From contig OX597815.1 in the NCBI GenBank assembly GCA_951406725.2, positions 20,274,001-20,338,000 on the forward strand: a stretch of 64,000 nt of DNA. Reading direction: 5' to 3'. This document shows, one piece after another, positions 12,533 to 24,131 of the stretch (position 1 is its first letter; every line of letters starts with the position of its first letter). Both the position numbers and the translations under genes were made by a program. The DNA is from Octopus vulgaris. Taxonomy: Eukaryota. The notes beneath the pieces are model-generated. The model made no database searches, had not been told where the DNA came from, and saw only the letters and a list, made by a program, of their open reading frames with translations.

Positions 12533-12954
12533 TCTCTATATATAAAAATTCTTTATGTATAAAAGTAAGGTTGTGTGTCTGTCTGTCTCCTACGATTTAG
12601 ATTCCTAACTACTCCCACATTTTGCGGTGCAGTTTAACCAAAAGCCGGGTGTCTTATAGTCGTGATTCATATCGAGTCCTTCTGGGTATTAGCGCGCGTC
12701 TACGATGAGTCTACGATTTTAAAAAAGAATTTACCATCATTTTTTTCCATTTTAATGCATTTTTTTCGCTATTATATAAAGAAAGTAACTCTCTAAAAAT
12801 GTCTACGATGAGTCAACGATTTTAAAAAAAATTTACCATCATTTTTTTTCCATTTTTAATGCATTTTTTTGCTATTTTTTGGCTATAACTCTCTAAAAAT
12901 GCTTATATAGTTAACTCCCTTACAAACCCGAGCAACGCCGGGCGATACTGCTAG
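12533..12954 (+). mobile_element. Non-autonomous Helitron, copy 2 (two tandem TC-type 5' starts)
   Basis: Same family as 7759-8145; CCCGAGCAACGCCGGG hairpin and CTAG|T end. Confidence 0.9.
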
Positions 12955-13245
12955 TTTTAAATATATGGCTTTAGTATATACATGATTTGAAAAGTCATCG
13001 AAGCGAGTGGGTAACTCTCCACTTATTTTGCCTCAACAAAGCTTTGATCGACCAGACGTATGACCAAAGATATTCCAGCCATGACCATCCCGACTTCCTC
13101 CAAGCCCAGGGTGCCTACGAGCACAATGCAATGTGTTGGTCTTCTTTTTTTTTTAAGATAGTGTAGGATTTTCAAAGGAATTTAGCTGTTATTTCTAGGA
13201 TATCGGGCGCCCGTGGAGAGGCTCTTAGGTTTATTTTACGACTGA

Positions 13246-13666
13246 ACTCTTTTTACTCTTTACTCTTTTACTTGTTTCAGTTATTTGACTGCGGCCATGC
13301 TGGAGCACCGCCTTTAGTCGAGCAAATCGACCCCAGGACTTATTCTTTGTAAGCCTAGTACTTATTTTATTGGTGACTTTGGCCGAACAGCTAAGTTACG
13401 GAGACGTAAACACACCACCATCGGTTGTCAAGCGATGTTGGGGGGACAAACACAGACACACAAACATATACACACACACATATATATATATATATATACA
13501 TATAATCGACAGACTTCTTTCAGTTTCTGTCTACCAAATCCGCTCTCAAGGCTTTGGTCGGCCCGAGGCTATAGTAGAAGACACTTGCCCAAGGTGTCAC
13601 GCAGTGGGACTGAACCCGGAACCATGTGGTTGGTAAGCAAGCTACTTACCACACAACCACTCCTGT
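13246..13666 (-). mobile_element. tRNA-derived SINE family A (CORE-like centre, LINE-like tail, (GTAAAAGA)n end)
   Basis: Reverse complement of the copy at 35037-35460. A/B-box-like head and ACCTTGGGCAAGTG core-like motif. Confidence 0.85.
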
Positions 13667-14775
13667 AATATTAGTTATTCCAAGCCATGTCAAGCATCAA
13701 TTTTACTTCTGACCTTTTCGGATAAAATAATGCCAGTCAAGTAGAGGAGTCAATTATAATTAGCTGTTTCTTCTTCTGTATCTATGTGTTATATTATAGA
13801 TTATATTATTTATTATGACTAATTTATCCCAGTGATTTGAGATGTTCACCCCTTAACAAGTTTGTCAATGTATATCTTAATGATTATGGATGAATCGTTA
13901 AAGCGTAGGAAAAAATACCTCGAGGTACTCGTTTCGCTTCGTTACGATCTCAGTTGGAGCCCCACCGACATCAACTTTGCTTTTACCGCTAAATAGAAAT
14001 ACAAGTTCAGTACTAGAGGTTGATTCTTCTCTTTCTCTCTGGATTGTATCACTAATTTAATGACCTGGCCTTTTAACAGTTTGTAACACAAATTCGGTCA
14101 GAGATTAGTGTTAGGGGTATAAATGACTCTGTTAACACATTAATTTCACGAGTAGGAATGCAGTTTATTGATCAACTAAATGCCTTTCGTCGTGATCGAG
14201 GTATTTATATTTATGGTGTAAAATAGAAAATCGTAATTATTTGTTATTGCTATGTTTTTGTTCGGGCAACGAATCACTAGAATCGTTAGAGCGTCGGGAA
14301 AGTGTTTGGTAGTATTTGTTCGAGATCTTTACAATCCGAGTTCAAATACCAGCAAAGTCAACTTTGCATTTCATCCTTTTGTGGGTCGATAAAATAGAAT
14401 ATCGATCAAGTACTGAATTCGATGGCATCGACTAACACCATCTCTTAAAAAGCTGCTGGATTTTGCCCAACTAGGAAATCAGTATTTTATTTTTGTCAAG
14501 GCGGCGAGCTAGCAGAATCCGTTAGCAATGGGGGAAAAACCTTTGCGGAATTTATTGTTTCCTTACTTTCTGAGGTCAGCTTCTCCATTCGTCATTTCGA
14601 GATCGATAAAACAATGTATTACTCAACTCCTGAAGCCGATAGATTCGACTAATAACTACGGCAAAATTACTAGTCTAGTGCCTGTATCAGAAATCCCAAT
14701 TGTACACTAATGTACAATTTTATATTACCCGTGTGGTAAAACTGAATGAAAATAAATAATTTTCTTTATTAAATA

Positions 14776-14820
14776 CTAGCAGAGACACCCGGCGTTGCAC
14801 TTGATTATAACGGTATAGTT

Positions 14821-14893
<73 letters not shown>

Positions 14894-16300
14894 CAATCTA
14901 TATATATATATATATATTATTCTAAGGAATTCCAACTCTGTTTTTTATGTTTTATTTATATTTTTTATAATATTAATGTAGAATATATAGTAAAATAAAA
15001 TGAAGCATTGATTGTCTTATTGAATATCAAATACTAAGGGACTGTGGAGGCGCAATGGCCCAGTGGTTAGGGCAGCGGACTCGCGGTCGTAGGATCGCGG
15101 TTTCGATTCCCAGACCGGGCGTTGTGAGTGTTTATTGAGCGAAAACACCTAAAGCTTCACGAGGCTCCGACAGGGGATGGTGGTGATCCCTGCTGTACTC
15201 TTTCACCACAACTTTCTCTCACTCTTACTTCCTGTTTCTGTTGTACCTGTATTTCAAAGGGCCGGCCTTGTCACTCTCTGTGTCACGCTGAATATCCCTG
15301 AGAACTACGTTAAGGGTACACGTGTCTGTGGAGTGCTCAGTCACTTACACGTTAATTTCACGAGCAGGCTGTTCCGTTGATCGGAACAACCGGAACCCTC
15401 GTCGTCGTAACCGACGGAGTGCTTCCAACTAAAGCATTTAAGCAGTATTCAAGGTCCCAGGTTGTGACAGGAATATATTACAGCTATGTTGAAACAGGTG
15501 ATACGACAGCATTGACGACAAAACATTTGTAGAATAAATGTTATGCCTCCGTCTGGAGTATTCCTGGCCCTAACCTGTCATGGGAAATTGGGGGTGGGAA
15601 GTATGTGATTTTTGAACGCACTGAAAAGCTGTCAGTGGATATACTCTCCTTTTCAGCAGTCGGCTCTGCGTCTAACACGACCCATCGTCTGAAATGTTGA
15701 CACCTCCTTCGGGTTTGTTGTCCTCGCGAAGTAAATTTGGAGGAAGTGTGGTTGTTCATTTGTGGGTAACAGGGAAAGACTTGCCCTTGAACTTTGAACG
15801 TCGGCGTAAATCCATGTTCAGCTATCTCCTTAGATGCACCAAGTGATGTCATTTGAAATACAGAGTTGTATTGTTTGATATTGTTCAGAAAATCCTTTGA
15901 CTGGATGGCAGTGCCTTCCAGAAGATCTATAAGAGGTTGATGAGGAGCTGGTAGTGCTGGCAATCTTACATTACCACCTGAGCAGCACATGCCATTAGTT
16001 TCATTTGGAAGTTTTTAAGTTTCTTCTCCTTTCTGTATTGAGACACCATCTGACGTGCTACAGCATGCGTTTACTGATCTTGAGAAAGTGTCATCTCGTT
16101 TGTCTTGAGACTCCATCAGACGTGCTTCAGCATGCATTTGCTGATCTTGGGAAAGTCTCATCTCCTTTCTCTCTTGAGACTCTCGCCTTTGGTTTTCTAC
16201 AATCCTCCTTGCTTTATAGTTGTTTCTGGAAGGATTACATCTTTTCTTTAGTGGCATCTTTCAATATTGTAAACAAAAAATTATGAACATAGAAAAAAAA
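14776..16300 (-). mobile_element. Internally deleted Helitron with RepHel N-terminal coding remnant
   Basis: MCCSGGNVRLPALPAP...FLNNIKQYNSVFQMTSLG...PTFKVQGQV (ORF 15541-15990) matches the conserved Helitron RepHel N-terminal region. Helitron-type 3' end (CTAG plus ACCCGGCGTTGC) at 14776-14800. 5' boundary uncertain. Confidence 0.85.
15046..15429 (+). mobile_element. tRNA-derived SINE family C nested in the Helitron
   Basis: Head GGAGGCGCAATGGCCCAGTGGTTAGGGCAGCGGACTCGCGG...GTTTCGATTCCC with A box (TGGCCCAGTGG) and B box, followed by ~300 nt of non-tRNA body. Confidence 0.8.
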
Positions 16301-16471
16301 TTAATCTCTATTTCTCTAAGCAGTTGTATGTATGTAGTATGTCTTTATTTTTGTATGCAATATAAATTAACCAAATAGAAGCACATGCATGAATTGCTAA
16401 CTTGTAATTGTAAATACCTTGCAGCCTTGCAACTACTGCGATAATTATTATCTATGATTTTTTATTATCCA

Positions 16472-16884
16472 CTAGCAGTATCGCCCGGCGTTGCTCGGGT
16501 TTGTAAGGGAAATAACTATATAAGCATTTTTAGAGAGTTATAGCCAAAAATAGATGTGTAAAGTATAATAGCCATCTCAATATGGCTAACCACAAGGGGT
16601 GGGTATTACTGTAGCTTTTTACGTTCTGAGATTTAATAATAAATTTTTAGAGAGTTACTTCCCTTATATATGCCAAAAATGCATTAAAAATGTGAAAAAT
16701 TGATGGTAAATTTTTTTTTTAATCGTAGATTCATCGTAGACGCGCGCTAATACCCAGAGGGGCTCGATATGAATCACGACTATAAGATACCCGGTTTTGG
16801 ATAAACTACACCACAAAATGTGGGAGTAGTTAGGAATCTAAATCGTAGGAGACAGACACACAACTTCACTTTTATATATAAAGA
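16472..16884 (-). mobile_element. Non-autonomous Helitron, copy 3 (variant interior)
   Basis: Reverse-complement TC...CTAG termini, hairpin CCCGGCGTTGCTCGGG, A|T insertion site. Confidence 0.9.
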
Positions 16885-17612
16885 TTAAGGACTATACAAA
16901 GAAATGACAACACAATTACGAATGATTTTACATTACAGAGCAATTTGGGGTCGATTAAAAATTTAACATGATTATATAAATTAACGAATGATTTGACAAA
17001 CACAAGGGACGTTTTCACAAATGGAGTGGGGCGGGGTTTTTTTACGGACCCCACAAACCCCGCCTCATTACTGACCTCAGTTTTTTGGCTTATCTCGCAT
17101 CCGCGAGGGACCTTCTATACGCAACATTCTTCCATCTTTCATCAAACACTTCCTTACTCAGGCATCTCCTCTCCTGCCCTATTTGTCTCTTTAGGTGACT
17201 ATTGCGATAATTATTAACTGGTTATCGAACGGTAAATGTGTATTTTTATATACCTTGGTCCTGCCACCTCATTGTTTTTCGTCAAGAGTTTCACCCCCAG
17301 CCGTTCTTTATATCAGTTAACACACATATACTGAAACACCATTCCACTGTTGTGGCCGTAAAGACGGAAAGTTGCCGATGCGTAATGTTGTTCACATTAG
17401 GATAATAAATTAGTCATTTATTTCAAATACAATAGAAATAAGATGATATATAGAGATAACTGAAACTACATTTCCAGTACTGAAAAAAGTAAATATACTG
17501 CTAAGTTACAAGGATGTAAACTGTTGTCAAGCGGTAGTGCGAGATAAATACAATAGAAACACACACACACATATACGTGTGAGTGTGAAGGCAGGTAGTC
17601 TAGTGGCTAGAC

Positions 17613-17832
17613 CAGTGGTTTTCAACCAGGGTTCCGCGGAACCTTAGGCTTCCGCCAGTACAGTCCAAGGGTTCCGCAAGAAGTTACAAAACTGCTAAAA
17701 ATCGGCAGTAATTTTTAATTCTCCTGTGCAGATATGTGTGCATAAGACTATTAAATTATTGCGCAGGGGTTCCTCGAGCCAGTGGAATGTTTCCTTGGGG
17801 TTCCGCTCCAGCAAAAAGTTTGAAAAGCACTG
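17613..17832. mobile_element. hAT (Charlie-like) MITE inserted in an old SINE head
   Basis: TIRs CAGTGGTTTTCAA / TTGAAAAGCACTG and perfect 8-bp TSD GGCTAGAC (17605-17612, 17833-17840). Confidence 0.9.
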
Positions 17833-18117
17833 GGCTAGACTGATGCATTCAAGATGTTATTTACGATTCCCAGATTGCAGTTTCGATTCCCAGACCCGCT
17901 GTGCGTTGTGTTTTTGAGCAAAATACATTATTTCAAGTTACTTGAGTCTGCTCAGCTGTGAAATAGGTAACTGTACGACTAACTGGTGTTCTGTTCGGCT
18001 AGAACGCTGGTCTGTCCGATTTATCAGCAAAATCAATGAGAAGAGTATTGCGACCAGCGGTACATAACATCCGCTAGTTTGTTCGATGCCGTGATAGATG
18101 TGAGTTTGGAGGGCTAT

Positions 18118-18526
18118 ACCTATTTCTTTATTGCCCACAAGGGGCTAAACACAGAGAGGACAGACTGACGGATTAAGTCGATTACATCGACCCCAGTGCG
18201 TAACTGGTACTTATTTAATCGACCTCGATAGAATGAAAGGCAAAGTCGACCTCGGCGGAATTTGAACTCAGAACGTAACGGCAGACGAAATACCTATTTC
18301 TTTACTACCCACAAGGGGCTAATCACAGAGGGGACAAACAAGGACAGACAAACGGATTAAGTCGATTATATCGACCCAGTGCGTAACTGGTACTTATATA
18401 AATCGACCCCGATAGAATAAAAGGCAAAGTCGACCTCGGCGGAATTTGAACTCAAAACGTAACAGCAGACGAAATACGGCTACGCATTTCGCCCGGCATG
18501 CTAACGCTTCTGCCAGCTCGCCGCCT
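18118..18526 (-). mobile_element. SINE family B with internal tandem duplication (about 1.7 units)
   Basis: Reverse complement of the GGCGGCGAGCTGGCAGAA... family; flanked by direct repeat TGGAGGGCTA(TACC). Confidence 0.85.
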
Positions 18527-18623
18527 TATGGAGGGCTATACCGTCCGGGCAAACACCGTGGTGGCTCTCAGTTATGTTCCAGGTTACAGCTAACCGCATC
18601 GAACAATATATAACGTCTATGAC

Positions 18624-18778
18624 CACTAGTCTAGCTGGGGACAGGGGAACGGTGAGGGTGGTACTTTTAAAGGGGCACCACTTTTGGGTGTGCTGTAGGT
18701 AATACGTATTTTTTGTGGGGTCCGGGGGCGGCAAACGGAATTGCCACCTCGACCGCACACATTCTAGCTACACTAGTG
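18624..18778. mobile_element. hAT-like MITE
   Basis: TIRs CACTAGTCTAGCT / AGCTACACTAGTG and 8-bp TSD TCTATGAC (18616-18623, 18779-18786). Confidence 0.8.
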
Positions 18779-18871
18779 TCTATGACTACTACTAGTTATC
18801 AGTTACTGTAAATTCTTCTGATGGGTAATTCTGCGTTCGCTTCAGTGGATGTTAATATTGTCTGGGGTGAA

Positions 18872-19104
18872 GGCGGCGAGCTGGCAGAAACGTTAGCACA
18901 CCGGGCGAAATGCTTAGCAGTATTTCGTCTGCCGTTACGTTCTGAGTTCAAATTCCGCCGAGGTCGACTTTGCCTTTCATCCTTTCGGGGTCGATAAATT
19001 AAGTACCAGTTACGCACTAGGGTCGATGTAATCGACATAATCTGTTTGTCTGTCCTTGTTTGTCCCCTCTGTGTTTAGCCCCTTGTGGGTAGTAAAGAAA
19101 TAGG
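18872..19104 (+). mobile_element. SINE family B, full length
   Basis: A/B-box-like head (AGCTGGCAGAAACG, GAGTTCAAATTCC), centre GACTTTGCCTTTCATCCTTTCGGGGTCGATAAA, 16-bp TSD TAATATTGTCTGGGGT. Confidence 0.9.
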
Positions 19105-19959
19105 TAATATTGTCTGGGGTATATATTTGCGATAATTATAACGATATAGAACATAGGGACATATTCATTACCCAAAATTTATTTCCTCTTATTTTACAGT
19201 TTTATACAACATATTTTCATGGTCTTTATGAGTTACAAGTGTTTACGCTGCACAGATTACGGGCATTTGCAGATGCAACCTGGCACGATTTTCAGTACAA
19301 CTTCTTCGGGCCCTATCTATTTGGGTAGTTTGCCTAGCCAAATGGACAGACCTTAGCCAAACTAGGTTTTGGTAGTAGAAAACGTTCCCAATGTGCTACG
19401 CACAGTTGGTTGGTTGAGGAGCTAGCTTTTGAACCACACCCACGCCTCTGTGTGTATGTGGGTGGGGGAGCAACAGCTACTGAATAGCTAAGGTTGGATT
19501 CGAAACCAAATCCATATTTTCCACATTGTCAAACAAATCTTCAGCTTATTGTCTTAGCCTTTTTTGCACTCAAAGGTTAATGGGAATGTACTGACCTCTT
19601 GAACTTCCTCGAGGCATTCTCCAGTCAAGTCTGATTAAGTACGAAGAACCCTATTGTTTTAACGACCTAATTCAGTTACCAGTTGTAAAAAACTCAGGCC
19701 AAATAGTTCTCAGTCTCTTTGTTCACTGCCTCTTATCAATGAGCAACTCCCGGTACTGATGAAGAGAAAAGGAATAACTCACTAGTTATACTATCTGCTT
19801 AACAATACAACTCTTACTCCTTTTCTCTCTGTAGTAGACACAGAAGATGAAACTAGCAACTATCATACACAATGGAACCAGTGACAAATATTTTACTGCA
19901 TCTACCAACAACGTCTATTCACAAACAACCTGACAAGGTTGTATCTTAAACATAAATGG

Positions 19960-20352
19960 CAATTTCTGTCTATCTGTCTGTTACCATCTTGCTGCCTACA
20001 CAATTGAACCAATCTTTACGAAACTTTGCATACATATTAAACTTACATCCTGTTGAATTATAGGCTAATTAGATTTCCTTAAGAGTCTATAATGCCCCCA
20101 CTCCTAGCAGGGGCGCTTTCCTGGTGTTACCGCTCAACTGATTTGTTTTACTCGGTTGGACTATTATTTGATAAAATGACAAGGGTGCAAGACTATTAAA
20201 GTGAGGGAAATGTGGTGGTATAGTGAGTGTGGCTGATATCAGGGAAGGGGAGAACAAAGTTGTGTAATCGATAAATAAAGAATAGCAGTGGGATGATAAC
20301 GTTGATACAGCTGCTATTCAGAGATACCCACGCGACGCTGCAGGCATACTTT
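19960..20352 (+). mobile_element. Old Helitron-like non-autonomous element
   Basis: CTGTCTATCTGTCTG near the 5' end, ACCAATCTTTACGAAACTTTG motif, degenerate 3' hairpin CCCACGCGACGCTGCAGG. Confidence 0.4.
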
Positions 20353-21066
20353 CGAAAATACATAGGTGCACGCGCGCACGCACACGATCACACACATGCA
20401 CGCACGCACACACAGTTTTTGAAAAGTTTATTGTTGTTGATGTTGTGAGTGTGTAACGATAGACTTAAGTCAAAATCCATTCCGGTAATAGTTTATATTT
20501 TTGAACTCGTATTTTACCAGCGTCTAAATATCGTCTTCCATTCCTCCAGGTCAAAATATCATCTCTCTCCAGACACAACAGGATATCCTCAAAGAAGTTC
20601 AGTCGTTGACAAACCATCACCGAAAATGATAATATATTTCTTCTTTTATAATTTCATTCTCATACGTTATGCAAAAAAATAAATCGACACGACATTTAAT
20701 CTTCTCTCAAAAGGATGGTAGAGTTGATCACGTCACGTTAGTATTTTGTTATACAGAGCAGTTGATGTAGTTCAAACAGCCAATCCTGCCATACCGTGTG
20801 GCGCTGATTCTGCTTAAAGATTACGTTAATGATTCAAGTAGTATCTAATATCACTTCAGACCCTATCACTTTCTCTGTTTTGTAGTTCGGCACTGAGCGA
20901 ACAAACTAATGGCCAAAGCCGCGACAATCCCGTCATTTTAGACGGAATCTAGAACTAAATTACTCAATATTCTTCCTTGTTTTATGATGGAAGGGTGTAA
21001 TCTGAAGAAGGTTCAATTGTTATTTCCAAAAGAAAGAACAACTCAATAAATACTATTCAGTGAGAA

Positions 21067-21578
21067 CCGTAAATCCTCGAGTATAGTCCGCCCATAAGTA
21101 TAATACACAGGGGATTTTTAGTGGGCTGCACCTCTGAAAAACTTAAACCTTGTGCATAATACGCACCCCTTCTCTAACTTGAGTCAAGGAGGTCTATATA
21201 ACGTCCTTGGTTTGTAAAAATGTTTACAGTAACGTCCTTTATTATTGTTGTACATATAACATAATGCAAACGTGTAGCTTTTTTATCCATTTTGTTTGCA
21301 GAAAATAAAGAAATAACAGTAAAAACGTTTAATAAATGTTGCTTACTGCAAGTTATGAATGATTCTTTTATGAATTCATTGCTTTCAGGCTTATCTTGAG
21401 GTATTTTCGCGCCCGAAATCACAAAATGCGTCTGAATAGACATTGCCGGACAACAAATAGAGACTCGGACATTGCTTAGAAAGTATTCTTCATTTTTAAC
21501 TTCGTATATAGTACGCACTAGGGATTTTCGCCTTTAAATTTTGGAGGGAAAATGCGGATTATACTCGAGGATTTACGG
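21067..21578. mobile_element. Tc1/mariner-superfamily (pogo/Tc2-like) MITE
   Basis: TIRs CCGTAAATCCTCGAGTATA.TCCGC / GCGGA.TATACTCGAGGATTTACGG; TA on the right flank. Confidence 0.85.
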
Positions 21579-22003
21579 TAGTTCCGTTGAAAGAAATACG
21601 ACGAGAATTCACTATGTCCATTTTTTAAAATTTCTCTTTCATCTCCTTATTTTATCTGGTTTCCATATCCCTACATTCTATAGTAGATATTAAGTAAACA
21701 ACTTACACTTATTTACAATAACCGGATTTTTCCGAAACCAATCCTTTATCACTTTATTTCATTTAACAATATATTTCTACTACTCGAATCATTGTCTCGA
21801 GAGAAAATAAGTGTTTCCTCCACTTGTCTCGCACATTTATCGATGTTACACTATCGACTTATTTATTTACTAGCATACCCGTGTCATCAAAAATGTTGAC
21901 AGTTTTATTATTAATGATGAAAAAATATGGCATATCAAAACAATGAGCGAAACCAGTGTTAAATGTAGGCAATCGAGTAAATATATGTATATATAAAGAA
22001 CAG

Positions 22004-22422
22004 GGATCTTTTCGGTTTCACGGCATTTTTTAAAAATAATTTCCACGTAACTAAACACTTTTAAACTTCGTATACTGGTAGAATGTGTTTATAAAACATC
22101 TTTTTCTCTTGGGTTTATTGAGAAAATTCTATAGTTTGTAAGATATTTGTTGTTTTTTTTTTTTTTCAATTTCTGAAATTTCAACCAATCAATGGCGTCT
22201 ATTGAGGTGAAAAAATTCTGTGCCGTATGAATATGTCCCTCGTTTAAGAAACTGATTGGGTTTATTTACATTTGTGAAGAAAAAAAGATACCCTTCCCCC
22301 CACCCCTAACCCTAACCCTAAAACAGATTGAAATGCACTAGATCGATACTAGGGTCATAATTATGGGTGACAATTTCATATGACACCGCTAGAAAAAACT
22401 GCCGTTCAAACCGAAAAGATCC
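22004..22422 (-). mobile_element. Merlin-like MITE carrying telomeric repeats, copy 1
   Basis: TIR GGATCTTTTCGGTTT..., TSD AAGAACAG/AAGACCAG (1 mismatch), internal (CCCTAA)3. Confidence 0.85.
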
Positions 22423-22559
22423 AAGACCAGAAGCACTTTTGAAGAATCAGATACGGCTGTAAAATCTCGGGCGTAAATATCGTCCACATAGTGCGTGTGT
22501 GTGTCTGTGCGCGAGTACATGCACAACACATATTCACCATATGTGGACGATATCTTTCA

Positions 22560-23068
22560 TCTTTTACCCTTTTATTTGTTTCAGTCACTTGTCTACGACC
22601 ATGCTGGAGCACCGCATCGATGAATTTTTAGTTGTACGTATCGATCCCCAGTACCTATTTTAAAGAATGATACTTATTCTATCGGTTTCTTTTGCCGAAC
22701 CGCTATGTAACGGGAACATAAACACACCAGCACCGGTTGTCAAGCAGTTGGGGGAGGGACAAAGACACATACATACATACATACATATATTATAGTGGGG
22801 TAGAACGGTTTATGGGGTTACCCTGGGTTTCTCGTTTAGCGTTAGAGCATATCTTCAGACCCCAAACACTGCTGGCTGAGACCTCTACAAACGATACACA
22901 CACACATACGACGGGCTTCTTTCAGTTTCCGTCTACCAAACCCACTCACAAGGCTTTGATCGGCTCGAAGCTTTAGTAGAAGACTCTTGCCCAAGGTACC
23001 ATGCAGCAGGATTGAACTTCGAACCATCAGGTTGGGAAGCAAGCTTCTTACCACACACCCACGCCTCC
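22560..23068 (-). mobile_element. SINE family A, diverged copy with ~90-bp internal insertion
   Basis: Homologous to 13246-13666. Confidence 0.8.
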
Positions 23069-23125
23069 GTTTGTTGCTTAGTCTCCCTCAACCAGCGTGA
23101 CTGACAGGCACACATTACGTTTTAT

Positions 23126-23549
23126 GGATCTTTTCCGGTTTGAACGAGTTTTTTCTGGCGGTGTCATATGAAATTGTCACCCATAATTATCACCCTAGTA
23201 TCGATCTATTGCATTTCAATCTGTTTTAGGGTTAGGGTTAGGGTTAGGGGTGGGGGAAGGGTATCTTTTTTACTTCAGAAATGTAAATAAACCCAATCAG
23301 TTTCTTAAACGAGGGACATATTCATACGGCACAGAATGTTTTCACCTCAATAGACGTCATTGATTGGTTGAAATTGCAGAAATTGAAGAAAAAAACAACA
23401 ACAAATATGTTACAAACTATAGAATTTTCTCAATAAAGCCAAGAGAAAAAGATGTTTTATAAACACATTCTACCAGTATACGAAGTTAAAAAGTGTTTAG
23501 TTACGTGGAAATTATTTTTAAAAAACTGCCGGTCAAACCGAAAAGATCC
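23126..23549 (+). mobile_element. Merlin-like MITE carrying telomeric repeats, copy 2
   Basis: About 30-bp TIRs, perfect 8-bp TSD CGTTTTAT, internal (TTAGGG)4. Confidence 0.9.
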
Positions 23550-24131
23550 CGTTTTATTAAGTGTAAGTTTACCTGATATGATATTTTATGACATTTTTTA
23601 TTCATAAAACTACCACAAAAAGGGAACACTTTACTTCCATTTCTCTTCCTTTTCCTATAAAGTATGCTAGAAATGAATGAAGTTATAATAGAAGACTAAG
23701 ATCTTTTCACTTTGACCGGAAAGATCAGAAGACTAAGATTATAAGCAGTAACATTTCATTTACTTCTCCAAACCTGATCTCATGTGGGTGACTCAGATTT
23801 TATATCTCGTTGCAGTGACTGCTGACCACATTTGTCACGGTTTAACTCGTTTTGCTACTATTACCGTCAGCCAATGCGAAAATATTGACCTAATTGAAAT
23901 AGCAAGCAAATCTCGAAAACAGGAAAGGTTTTTAACAGTCTTACGTACGCAAAAAGATGAGATGCTTACGAATGGAACAACTTTGATCAAAATTCCGATC
24001 AAACAAGGTCCACTAGGATTAATCAACAACAAAGAAAAACCCATAGATAGTATTAGTTCTATGGAGCCAGCTAGAAAGTAATTGTTGAATTAGAGCTGAC
24101 CTGGATCTAAACATCGATTATATTTCACTTT

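Noticed and set aside
15046-15120. tRNA gene (Arg-like head)
   Set aside because: No clean acceptor stem or T-run terminator, and it continues into a SINE body; treated as a SINE head.
23226-23260. Interstitial telomere as a chromosome fusion or healing scar
   Set aside because: The repeats sit at the same position inside four MITE copies with TIRs and TSDs.
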